A stretch of 62,060 nt of DNA, counting the filler, from Chiloscyllium plagiosum (taxonomy: Eukaryota), in assembly GCF_004010195.1 (NCBI RefSeq). It is 5 parts of one record of this genome, joined end to end, with 100 filler letters (N's around TTAATTAATTAA, not from the genome) between each part and the next. Parts side by side here need not be neighbours in the genome. Positions count along the whole stretch, not along the records: positions 47,007 to 53,887 come from NC_057716.1; positions 53,988 to 62,060 come from NC_057716.1; 3 more parts are not named here. One strand, written 5' to 3'. Position 1 is the stretch's first letter. Every line of letters begins with the position of its first letter. Below the pieces are notes generated by a model. The model was not told where the DNA came from, made no database searches, and saw nothing but the letters and a program-made list of their open reading frames with translations. Of the stretch, positions 50,810 to 62,060 are shown piece by piece. Position numbers and translations under genes: made by a program.

Positions 50810-52195
50810 GGTGCCAGGAGACTGGAGTTTGGCTAACTTGATGCCATTATTTAAGAAATGTGGTAAGGAAGAGCCAGGGAATTATAGACTTGCATCAACA
50901 GTGAGGAAGTTGTTGGAGGGGATTCTAAGAGACAGGATGTACATGTATTTGGAAAGGCAGAGACTGATTAGAGATAGTCAACATGGCTTTGTCTGTGGGA
51001 AATCATGTCTCACTAACTTGAGTTTTTTGAAGAAGTGACGAAGAGGATTAATGAAGGCAGAGCAGTTGATGTCGTCTATGTGAACTTCAGCATAGTATTC
51101 GACAAGGTTCCTCATGGTAATAAGATTAGATCACATGGTATCCATGGAGAACTAGCTATTTGGATACAAAATTGGCTAGAAGATAGGAGACAGAGGGTGG
51201 CGGTGGAAGGTTGCTTTTCAGACAGGAGGCCTGTGACCAGCAGTGATGGGTCCACTGGTTTTTAGAATTTCTGTAAATGATTTGGATGTGAATATAGGAG
51301 GTATGGTTAGTAAGTTTGCAGATGACACCAAAATTGGTGGTGTAGTGGACAACGATGAAGATTACCTCAGAGTACAAAGAGACTTTGATCAGATGGACCG
51401 ATGGGCTGAGGAGTTTAATCTACATAAATGTGAGCTATTACATTTTGGTAGGACAAATCTGAGCAGGATTTATACACTTAATGGTAAGATCCTGTGGAGT
51501 GTTGCTGGAGAAAGAGATCTTGGAGTACAGGTTCATGGTTCCTTGAAAGTGGAGTCACAGGTAGACAGGATAGTAAAGAAAATGCTTGCCGTTATTGGTC
51601 AGTGCATTGAGCTTTGGAGCTGGGAGGTGTACAGGACAATGGTTAGACCATGTTTGGAATACTGTGATCAATTCTGGTCTCCCTGTTATAGGAAAGATGT
51701 AAAATTTGAAAGGGCTCAGAAAAGATTTACAAAGATGTTGCCAGGGTTTGAAGATTTGAGCTATAGAGAGAGGTAGAATAGGCTTGGGCCAATTTCTTGG
51801 AGCACTGGAGGCTAAGGGATGACTTTATAGAGGTTTATGAAATAATGAGGGACATGAATAGAGTGAATAGCCAAGGTCTTTTACCCCAGGATAAAGAAGT
51901 ACAAAACTAGACGACATAGGTTTAAGGTGGGACGATAATGATTTTAAATGGATCTAAGCAGCAACTTTTTCATGCAGAGGGTGAAGCATGTATGGAGTGA
52001 TCTGTCAGAGGACTTGGTGGAGGCTGGTATAATTATCACATTTAAAAGACATTTGGATGGGTATATGAGTAGGAAGGGATTAGAAGGATATGGTCAAAAT
52101 GCTGGCAAATAGAACTAGATCAATTAAAATATCTGGTCAGCATGGACAAGTTGGACTGAAGGTATGTTTCCATGCTATGCATATCTATGACTCTA
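50810..52195 (+). mobile_element. CR1 RT domain to 3' tail, decayed
   Basis: QHGF..KSCLTNL, FDKVPH, KFADDTKIGG and LEYC..FWSP. Confidence 0.93.
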
Positions 52196-53594
52196 AAAAC
52201 AACAGCTTATAGCAACTGATTAGGGAAAATAGACTAGTTTTCATCAAGCTTTAGTTTTTTTTTACTGCAGGAAAAAGGACAAAAGCTTTTGGAGGTCTAA
52301 AGTTTTTTGGCAATACTGTTCACATCCACACACGATTAAGTTACCTGGGGAACCAAACACATAGTCCTTGACAGATAGGCAGTCTTTGCTATTAACACTG
52401 GTTACATTTCCAGAGAACAAAAAATTATTTTTTGTCAGCTGAATTTCCCTCATAGACACCTCTGGGTCTAGCTCATCTGCAGCAACCTTGAACAATAATA
52501 GTGTAAACAACACTTACAATGAGTGTTGGTAACCGTTGTTTTAAAAAATGCAGTAATCTGTTTTACTTTCCTTGGTCTTCAAAACCATTTCAGTTCACAA
52601 TCAAGCAAATTGAATAATAGGACGATCTTTATACTGTCCTGACCTAAATTGACTTTCAAAATGCAAATCTTGCACGATTTTAACGCTGTTTGAAGCCATT
52701 ATCCGCTGGATGGTAATGGCTATCATCATGATGGTGTGCAAGCTTATTGATATCACTGTAATAAAAAATATCTGCAGCAATGCACAGACAAATTAAAGGT
52801 ATTATTATGACTATAAGACAAAACCCCAAAGTAATGTGGATAGTTTTAGCTTGTCATTTTAAAAAGTGTTTTTAAGAGAGGGCCAATTTTCAGCCAAAAG
52901 TGGCAGCAAATATAAATGAAGAGGCTATCTGGATTGAGACACGCAAGAATTTTGTACCAACAGATAGGATGGGAATGAGAGCTCTTCAAAGAGGGGTGGG
53001 AGAGGCAAGTCAAAACAAACTGGACTGTGGTGTCTTCTAAAGACAAAAGTAATGAGGAGCTGACCACTTTCTGACCAACAGCAAGCCCCCCACTGTGGAT
53101 TATGTCCTAAATTGCAGGTGCATTCAATGTTTTTCTATTGAAGAATACATAAGGACATTGGTTGGAAAGATGGTTTCAACTCTACTGGCATGAACTAGTG
53201 GGACTGAGCATTCTCATGTGCATCAACCTGGATTCGAGCATTAGTGGCTGCACATGTCCCAGTCAAAGTACTACCACTAGCTACGTTGTGTTGTAGCTAA
53301 GGGAAGAACTCCTCACTCTGAGTGCTGCAAATCAGACAAAAGGAAACATGGAAGCAAATACATTTTTTTCTCAGCTGAATGTAGAAATTCAGTCACAGTC
53401 AAAAAGAATCGGAATTACAGAGTTTCAATCAACCTGCAAGGCTAAAGATTGTGAAACTGACGCGTCAACTTTCAATGTCAGTATGACCAGGAACCTCCGT
53501 GTAATGGCTACAATATTCAACTTTCTGCTTTTCACGAAGAATTGAGAGACTGTACTGTATATATATTTTTAAACCTTTATTCTTACTTGTCATT

Positions 53595-53887
53595 TTACTC
53601 TAGTGATGGAGAGGGATAAGTGTGCACTGCAGGGCAAGAGTTATAGCTGGGGACAGGGAAATTATGATGCCGTGAAGCACGACCTCGGATGCGTGGCTTG
53701 GAAAAGTAGGCTTCAAGGCATGGGCACAATTGATATGTGGAGCTTGTTCAAGGAGCAACTATTGAGTGTCCTTGATAAGTATGTACCTGTCAGGCAGGGA
53801 AGAAAGGGTCGTGTGAGGGAGCCATGGTTTAATAAGGAATTGGAATCCCTTGTAAAATGGAAGAGGGCTGCCTATGTAAAGATGAGG
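53595..53887 (+). mobile_element. CR1 ORF2 linker fragment, truncated at the gap
   Basis: GNYD..WSLFKEQL..DKYVP..EPWF, homologous to 61240-61530. Confidence 0.88.
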
Positions 53888-53987
53888 NNNNNNNNNNNNN
53901 NNNNNNNNNNNNNNNNNNNNNNNNNNNNNNNTTAATTAATTAANNNNNNNNNNNNNNNNNNNNNNNNNNNNNNNNNNNNNNNNNNNN
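53888..53987. other. Artificial contig spacer
   Basis: 44 N + TTAATTAATTAA + 44 N. Confidence 0.99.
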
Positions 53988-54113
53988 TCTGGGTTCCCAT
54001 GCCCCTGGAGTTAGTTTAAACCCCCCCTCCAAGAGCACTAGCAAACCTCCCCCCAAGGATACTGGTGCCCCTCAGGTTCAGGTGCAGACCATCCTGTTTA
54101 TAGAGGTCCCACC
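53988..54113 (-). mobile_element. CR1 ORF1 C-terminus (SGNH esterase-like)
   Basis: Minus strand RWDLYKQDGLHLNLRGTSILG, homologous to 60420-60485. Confidence 0.8.
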
Positions 54114-55640
54114 TCATATTACAGTGGAGGAGGTTCTGGATGGCTTAAGATGCATAAAAGTGAATAAATGCCAAGGACCTGATCAGGTGTATTCTAGAAC
54201 TCTGTGGGAAGCTAGGGAAGTGATTGCTGGACTCCTTGATGAGATATTTGTAACATTGATAGCCACAAATGAGGTGCTGGAAGACTGGAGGTTGGCTAAC
54301 ATGGTGCCACTGTTTAAGAAAGGTGGAAAGCAAAAATGAAGGGAACTATAGACCAGTGAGTCTGACATCGTGGTGGACGGGTTGTTGGAAGGAATCCTGA
54401 GGGACAGAATTTACATGTATTTGGAAAGGCAAGGACTAATTACGAATAGTCAACATGGCTTTGTGCATGGGAAATCGTGTCTCACAAACTAAATTGAATT
54501 TTTTGAAGAAGCAACAAAGAGGTTTAATGAGGGCAGAGCAGTGGACATGATCTATATGGACTTCAGTAAGGTGTTTGACAAGATTCCTCATGGTAAACTG
54601 GTTAGCAAGGTTAGATCACATGGAATTTAGGGAGAATTGCTATATAGAACTGGTTGTAAGGTAGAAGACAGAGGTGGTGGTGAAGGGATGCTTTTCAGAG
54701 TGGAGACCTGTGACCACAAGGATTGGTGCTGAGTCCACTGTTCTTCATTATTTATTTAAATGACTTGGCAGTGAACACAGAAGATAAGGTTAGTACGTTT
54801 GCAGATGACACCAAAATAGAAAGTGTAGTGGATAGCAAAAAAGGCTACCTCAGAGTATAATGGGATTTGATCAGATGGGCCAATGGGCTGAAGGGTGAGA
54901 GTTGGAGTTTAATTTAGATAAGTGTGAAATGCTGCATTTAGGAAAGGCAAATCACTGTAGAACTTATACACCTAATGATAAGGTCCTGGGGAGTGTTGCT
55001 AAACAAAGAGACATCGGACTGCCATTGTTCCTTGGAAGTAGAGTCACAGGTAGATAAGATAGTGAAGAAGGTGTTAGGTATGCTTGTCTTTATTGGTCGG
55101 TGCATTAAGTATAGGAGTTGGGAGATCATGTTGCAGCTGTACAGGGCATTCGTTAGGCCACATTTGGAATATTGCATGCAATTCTGGTCTCCCTGTTACA
55201 GGAAAGATGTTGTGAAATTTGAAGTATTTGGAAAAGTTTTACAAAGATGTTGCCAGGTTTGGATATTTTGAGCTATAGAGAGAGGCTGAATTGACTGTGG
55301 TTATTTTCCCTAGAGGGTGGGAAGCTGAGGGTTTACCTTACTGAGATTTCTAAAATCATGAGGGGCATGGATAGGATAAATAGACAAGGTCTTTTCCCTG
55401 GGGTGGAGGAGTCCTAAACTAGAGGTCATAGGTTTAAGGTGAAAGGGGAAAGATATGAAACGGACTTAAGGGACAATCTTTTCTCACAGAGGGTGGCGCA
55501 TGTATAGCACATGCATGGATGAAGTGGTCGAGGATGGTACGATTACAACATTTAATTGGATGGGTATATGAATAGGAAGGGTTTAGAGGGATATGGGCCA
55601 ATTGCTGGTAAATGGGATTAAATTTATGTAGAATACCTGG
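54114..55640 (+). mobile_element. CR1 RT domain to near the 3' end, decayed
   Basis: WRLANMVPLFKKG, FADDTK and LYRAFVRPHLEYCMQFWSP. Confidence 0.93.
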
Positions 55641-57787
55641 TGGGATGTGATTCCTCCTGGAATAAAGTGTCCAGATCTTTTTCTATTCCCTAATGTGTTG
55701 CAGTGTCTGTATTTTTGCCTTTAGCTCACAAACTCTACAGCAATGCTGCTTGAGTTGCAAATATTAACTGCAGATGTATTTACCTTGGATCATATTGGCA
55801 TTCCGGAACTCCCACATTCTATATTCACAACACATCACCTACCCTGCCATTCTCACTATGTTTTAATTCGTTACTGATTTCATTTTTAATCTTATTTACA
55901 GTATATTCACTATTTCTGCAATATCATGAATTGCAAATTTGCCTATCCATGCCAAAATTATAAGTCACAACAAAAACATGCATGGGCATGTATTCACAAT
56001 TTTTAACCTATTTTTAATGAGCTCTGCACCTGTGAATTTCATAATTCCCAGGGGTTCTCCGCAACAGAACTCTCGCAGCTACGGTGGAATTTGTATTTGC
56101 CTTTTCTACATTGAAATGAGCCAGACTAGCCCCCCTCAAAATATTTTAAGAAGATAGCCTAGCCCCTAATGTTTTCTAATTTTAAAGGCAAATGTAAAAT
56201 GCCATGTTTCAGATGCAATTCGACTTGTCAAGCTACTTGCTGTTATGCAAAACAATTTATTTAAACATTATAGTTAAAATACAGCAAAAGAAAGAAGAAC
56301 TTAGAATAACTTAACTCTACTGGAAAGCTCAACAGAATAATATATACAGTGATTATTACTAATTAACTGTTCCAATATAACAACATCCCATAAACACACC
56401 CCTTGGCAAATTTCAGGAAATAGATTTGTCTCAGATGTAGCTCCAGGAACATAGAAGGAAAAAAGAAGTTAAGAGAATACTCAGAGCCAGGTGACCTTTA
56501 CTGCAGCTTCCAAACCTGTTGGGACTCCAACAGCAACTGATGCTGAATCTCAATAACTAGAAATCCAGATCAATAAGAACTGGCCACACCCATCCAGGCT
56601 GCTTCTATTGTTCCAACTTTAAAAAAAGAATCCTTAAGGCCTCACAAGCTATTTACTTTATTGGAACTCCAACTAGACAGCTCAGCACTCTGTCTTAAAA
56701 CGTCAGTTTAAAAAAAAAGAAATAACCTCTGAAAGCTACAGCATTGTCACAACATAAAATTAAGCTTAACCTCATTTTTTTTCTCAGAGTGATGTGTGGC
56801 TTTAGACCTCTGCCTCAGAAGATGACGGAAGCATGGTCAATATTTTAAGACAGAGGTAGATAGATTCTTGAGTTAAGGGGGATGGATGGAAATGTGGAAA
56901 TCAAAACATAAACAGACTACCCACAATCTTGTTAATTAGCAGAGCAGGTTTGTGAATTGAAACAATCTATTTCCGTTCCTACTTTGCTTGTTCCTATGTT
57001 CTGATGTACTTACCAGGTTCTTTCTCATTTCTTTCCCCACAGCAAAGTAAGAACCCATTTCTATAAAATTAAAATAGCTAGAAAGGGAACAGGAGTAACT
57101 CTTTCCCTCAACTCCTTTACTTAGCAAATTGCCAGCACTCTATTCAAAACTGCACTCTGTACTGAGTTACATTGAGTTGCCCCGACTTATAATTAACCAA
57201 TTCAGAGATGTTATGGCAAACCTCTAAAAAAAGGTAAGACTTGAACCTGTAGATTGTAGTCTAGAGGTAAGGAGATTACCACTTTATCACTAGATCAACT
57301 TTTGTGCCTATCCATATGCATTTGAATTGAAGAATTAGATCTGTCCATGTACAGTAAAAGAAATTAACTGATTTCCTTAATCAATGAATTTCAGCTGCTC
57401 GCAAGAATATATATATATAAACAACATAATATCCTATATATGTTAACAAATATATAAAATATAATACATTATGTACTATATAATAGCATAATATAATCCT
57501 GATTAAGCCTGAATGAAATTTAGAATTTAACTGTAAATTGAAGTTAAATACTGAATGTGAAATACAAATAAAATTAGATTTTTAGGAAGAGGTTAAGAAC
57601 ATCCTTAATCAACAAACCGTGATCAAACTTGCCAAAAACCACTTGACCCATTATATCTGAGCCAGCCAAAAAAAACACCAACTTTCCAGTTTTTGTTCCA
57701 GAGCTCTGCTAGTTAAAGTATTTGAGCTGCACATCCAGAAATGAGCTGATGTTTTCTTCCTCTTCTGTTCTTTGAGGCAGTGAGTTC

Positions 57788-57995
57788 TGTAATGGTTATA
57801 ATGAAGTCAGCCAGCTGGACAGCATAGAATATGAGTTCCCTGATTGAGGCTGTTAATTTGGTCCATTCAGAGAGCCCTTACTGACAGAGTGTCAGACATT
57901 CTGTTTGAGAGCTGGCTCTGAGGGAGCTGGACCAGTGTCATGGACATTCCACACGTAAATAAAGGGCAATTTAGTGATGGGATACTGGCCTCTTC
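57788..57995 (+). mobile_element. Possible solo-LTR remnant
   Basis: Starts TGTAATGG, AATAAA at ~57958, composition distinct from the AT-rich flanks; no TSD found. Confidence 0.25.
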
Positions 57996-59586
57996 TTTTG
58001 TAAAATCACTTAAAGTCCTGCTAGTGATTAAATGCACTCTCATTGACATTAATACATTAATATTTACAATCATCAGTGCAAAATGCACTGATTTTCATCA
58101 CTATATCTGTCTCATTTTAATTATTATTGCCATTTAAGTAACAGCATGCAGTTCTGAATGTATTAATCTTTTTGTTACATTTTAAATGAGTCCTGTTGTT
58201 GTTTCAGAGTTATCGACCCTGTTTGTGGTCACAGGTTTGAAATATGCTGCCGAAGGAATTTGGTGAGTTATCTCATTGCATGCTGTAGATGCTATACATT
58301 GTGCAGTAGTGGTGAAAGGAGTGAATATTTAGAACATAGAACAATACAGTGCAGAACAGACTCTTTGGCCCTCGATGTTGTGCCGACCTGTGAACTAATC
58401 TAAGTGCATCACCCTACACTATCCCATCATCATCCATGTGCTTATCCAAGGATTGTTTAAATGTCCCTAATGTGGCTGAATTAACTACACTGGCAGGCAG
58501 GATATTCCACCCCCTTACCATTCTCTGAGTAAAGAACCTGTCTCTGACATCTATCTTAAATCTATCACCCCTCACTTTGTAGCTATGCCCCCTCATACAA
58601 GCTGACATGATCATCCTAGGAAAAAGACTTTCACTGTCTACCTTATCTAATCCTCTGATCATCTTGTATGTTTCCATCAAATCCCCTCTTAGCCTTCTTC
58701 TCTCTAATGAGAATAAACCCTAGTCCCTCAGCCTTTCCTCAAAAGACCTTCCTTCCAGATCAGGTAATATCCTGGTAAATCTCCTCTGCACCTTTTCCAA
58801 TGCTTCCACATCCTTCCTGTAATGGGGCGACCAGAATTGTACACAATATTCCAAGTGCAGCCACACTAGCGTTTTGTATTGTTGCAGTATGATATTTATG
58901 GCTCGAGAACTCAATCCCTCTATCAATGAAACCTAACACACTGTATGCCTTCCTAACAGCACTATCAACCTGGCTGGCAACTTTCAGGGATCTATGTACA
59001 TGGACTCCAAGATCCCTCAGCACATTCACATTACCAAGAATCTTTCCATTGACTCAGTATTCTGTCTTCCTGTGATTCTTACCAAAGTGAATCACCTCAC
59101 TTTTTTCCACATTTAACTTCATTTGCCACCTCTCAGCCCAATTCTGCAGTGTTTCCAAGTCATCCTGCAACCTGCAACATCTTCCACACTGTCCACTATT
59201 CCACCGACTTTCGTGTCATTTGCAAACTTACCAACCCATCCACCTATGCCTGCATCTAAGTCATTCATAAAAATGACAAACAGCAGGGTTCTCAAAACAG
59301 ATCCTTGTGGCACACCACTAGTAACCGGACTCCAGGCTGAATATTTTCTATCAACCATCACTTGCTGCCTTCTTACAGAAAGCCAGTTTCTAATCCAAAC
59401 TGCTAAATTATCCTCAAACCCATGCCTCTGCATTTTCTCCAATAGCCTACCATGTGGAACCTTATCAAAGACTTTACTGAAGTCCATGTACATCATGTCA
59501 ACTGCCCTACCCTCATCCACATACTTGGTCACCTTCTCAAAAACTCATGAAGTTTGTGAGACATAGCCTGCCCTTAATGAAACCAT

Positions 59587-59812
59587 TGAGGAGAAAGTGA
59601 GGTCTGCAGATGCTGGAGATCAGAGCTGAAAATGTGTTGCTGGAAAAGCGCAGCAGGTCAGGCAGCATCCAGGGAACAGGAGAATCATTGTTTCGGGCAT
59701 AAGCCCTTCTTCAGGAATCATTCCTGAAGAAGGGCTTATGCCCGAAACGTCGATTCTCCTGTTCCCTGGATGCTGCCTGACCTGCTGCGCTTTTCCAGCA
59801 ACACATTTTCAG
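59587..59812. mobile_element. Palindromic mini-PLE (95-bp arms, centre 59719) with 14-bp TSD
   Basis: Arms 59624-59718 and 59720-59814; TSD CTTAA(T/C)GAAACCAT at 59573-59586 and 59813-59826. Confidence 0.9.
59724..59751 (+). ncRNA. Minimal hammerhead ribozyme core (intact)
   Basis: CTGAAGA-A-GGGC-TTAT-GCCC-GAAA-CG-TC; the mirror copy on - (59687-59714) has CAAT instead of CGTC. Confidence 0.75.
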
Positions 59813-60289
59813 CTTAACGAAACCATGTTGACCATCTGCAATCAACTTGTTGCTTGCCAGATGATTATAAATCCTATCTCTTATAACCCTTTCCAAACCT
59901 TTTCCTACAACAGATGTAAGGCTCACTGGTCTATAATTACCTTGGTCATCTCTACCTTCTTGAACAAGGGCACAACATTTGCAATCCTCTGGTCCTAAAC
60001 CTGTAGATAATGATGACTCAAAGATCACAGCCAAAGGCTCCAACATCTCCTTGCAAGCTTCCTAGAGGATCCTCGGATAAATGCCATTCAGCCCAGGGGA
60101 CTTGTCTACTTTCACTCCTTCTAGAACTGATAACACCTCTTCCTTACTAACCTCAATCCTTTCTAGTCTAATATCCTGTATCTCATTCTTCTCCTCGACT
60201 AAATTCTCCTTTTCTGGAATGGAAACAAATGAGAAATATTCATTTAGCACCTCTCCAATCTACACAGAGTTCACGCACAACTTTCAACT

Positions 60290-62060
60290 CCTTGTTGCCC
60301 GCACCACGTGCTAGTGAGGCAAGGAATAGGGAGAGAGAGGAGTTGAATACGTGGCTACAGGGATGGTGCAGGAGGGAGGGTTAATGGATTCTTGGATAAT
60401 TGGGGCTCTTTCTGGGATAGGTGGGACCTCTACAAGCAGGATGATCTTTATCTGAACCAGAGGGGTACCAATATCCTGGGGGGAAAATTTGCTAAGGCTA
60501 ATCCAGCAGGGAGATGGGAACCAAAATTGTAGTTCGAGTGTAGAAAAGGTTGAGAGTAGGGAGGTCCGAAATCAAGTTTCAGGGACGCAAGATGGCGCCA
60601 GCAAGCAAGAAGTTGGTTTGAAGTGTGTCTACTTCAACACCAGGAGCATCCGGAATAAGGTGGATAAACTTGCAGCATGTGTTGGTACCTGAGACTTCGA
60701 TGTTGTGGCAATTTCAGAGAAATGGATAGAGCAGGGACAGGAATGGTTGTTATATGTTTCAGTAAGAACAGAGAAGATGGTAAAAGAGGGGGAGGTGTGG
60801 CATTGTTGGTCAAGGACAGTATTACAGTTGCAGAAAGGATGTTTGGGGATTCGTCAATTGAGGTAGTATGGGCTGAAGTTAGAAACAGGAAAGGAGAGGT
60901 CACCCTGTTGGGAGTTTTCTATAGGCCTCAGAATAGTTCCAGAGATGTAGAGGAAAGGATAGCAAAGATGATTCTTGAAAGGAGTGAGAGAGACAGGGTA
61001 GTTGTCATGGGGGACTTCAACTTTCCAAATATGGACTGGAAACAGTATAGTACGAGTACTATAGATGGGACAGTTTTTGTCCAGTGTGTGCAGGAGGGAT
61101 TGCTGACACAGCATGTAGACAGACCAACAAGGGGCGAAGCCACATTAGATTTGGTATTGGGTAATGAGCCCGGCCAGATGTTAGACTTGGAAGTAGGTGA
61201 GCACTTTGGTGATAGCGATCACAATTCTGTTATGTTTACTTTAGTGATAGAAAGGGATAGGTATATACCACTGGGCAAGAGTTACAGCTGGAGGAAAGGC
61301 AATTACAATGCGATTAGACAAGATTTAGGAAGCTTAGGATGGGGAAGGAAACTGCAGGGGATGGGCATATTAGAAATGTGAAGCTTATTCAAGGAAAAGC
61401 TACAGTGTGTCCAAGATAAGTATGTACCTGACAGGCAGGAAGGAAGCTGTAGAGCGCGGGAGCCGTGGTTTACGAAGGAAGTGGAATCTCTGGTCAAGAG
61501 GAAGAAGAAGGCTTATGTTAGGATGAGATGTGAAGGCTCAGTTAGGGCACTTGAGGGTTACAAGGTAGCCAGGAAAGACCTAAAGAGAGAGCTCAGAAGA
61601 GCCAAGAGGAGACATGAGAAGTTGTTGGCGGATAGGATCAGGGTAAACCCTAAGGCTTTCTATAGGTATTTAAGGAATAAAACAATGACAGGAGTAAGAT
61701 TAGGGCCAATCAAGGATAGTAGTGGAAATTGTGTGTTGAGTCAGAAGAGATAGGGGAAGCACGAAATGAATATTTTTCAACAGAATTCACTCTAGAAAAC
61801 GACAATGTTGTCGAGGAGAATATGGAGATACAGGCTACTAGACTAGGTGTGATTGAGGTTCACAAGGAGGAGGTATTAGAAATCCTGCAGAGTGTGAAAA
61901 TAGATAAGTCCCCTGGGTTGGATGGGATTTATCCTAGGATCCTCTGAGAAGTCAGGGAAGAGATTGCCGAGTCTTTGACATTTAAATCATAAGCCTTTAA
62001 ATCATCATTGTCTACAGGAATAGTGCCAGAAGACTGGAGGATAGCAAATGTGGTTCCCCT
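60290..62060 (+). mobile_element. CR1 5' part: ORF1 esterase C-terminus, ORF2 APE and pre-RT region; runs off the window
   Basis: LNTWLQGWCRREG, CVYFNTRSIRNK, GVFYRPQN, MGDFNFPN, GDSDHN, KSPGLDGIYPRIL and WRIANVVP. Confidence 0.95.

Larger units (their letters stand above)
58331..60290 (-). mobile_element. CR1 ORF2 3' part (RT) with tail, containing a mini-PLE insertion
   Basis: GNYRPVSLTS, DFSKVFDKVPH, SGVPQGSVL and LEYCVQFWSPH; tail at 58331. Confidence 0.95.

Noticed and set aside
56031..56751. TG...CA-bounded LTR-like blocks (also ~6060-6665 and ~49585-50130)
   Set aside because: No TSD, paired LTR, primer-binding site or coding support.
58208..58262. Exon-like segment (TTTCAG...GTGAGT)
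   Set aside because: The donor region looks like a decayed antisense LINE fragment, and no recognisable peptide is encoded.
58331..62060. Single CR1 with a twin-primed inversion at 60290
   Set aside because: The two parts overlap by >300 nt in element coordinates and differ clearly there (e.g. KENLVEEKNEIQDIRL versus NDNVVEENMEIQATRL), so they are separate copies.

Overview
Eukaryotic, repeat-saturated non-coding DNA, almost certainly from an elasmobranch (shark-like), inferred from HE1-type SINEs and HER1/CR1 LINEs. Four artificial 100-nt spacers (44 N + TTAATTAATTAA + 44 N) join five segments, so adjacency across them is unproven. No intact host protein-coding gene is recognisable, and nearly all ORF-track entries are retroelement fragments or their antisense shadows. 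Contents: about 30 mostly 5'-truncated, nested CR1/HER1 fragments; six HE1 SINEs and another tRNA-derived SINE; a frameshifted L1 ORF2; an internally deleted Tx1-type element with a zinc-knuckle ORF1; a rearranged Penelope-like element (PLE); Gypsy protease and Harbinger Myb remnants; and several minisatellites. The most notable signal is a set of tiny (~90-230 bp) PLE-derived insertions, each flanked by a 10-14 bp target-site duplication (TSD). Three are palindromic and four carry minimal hammerhead ribozyme cores (CTGANGA-A-stemII-GAAA-CG-TC, or a second -GC-TA family). A small CpG-rich patch with an X-box-like motif and splice signals near 37.8-38.5 kb may be a host promoter. The window end and start are colinear within CR1 ORF2.
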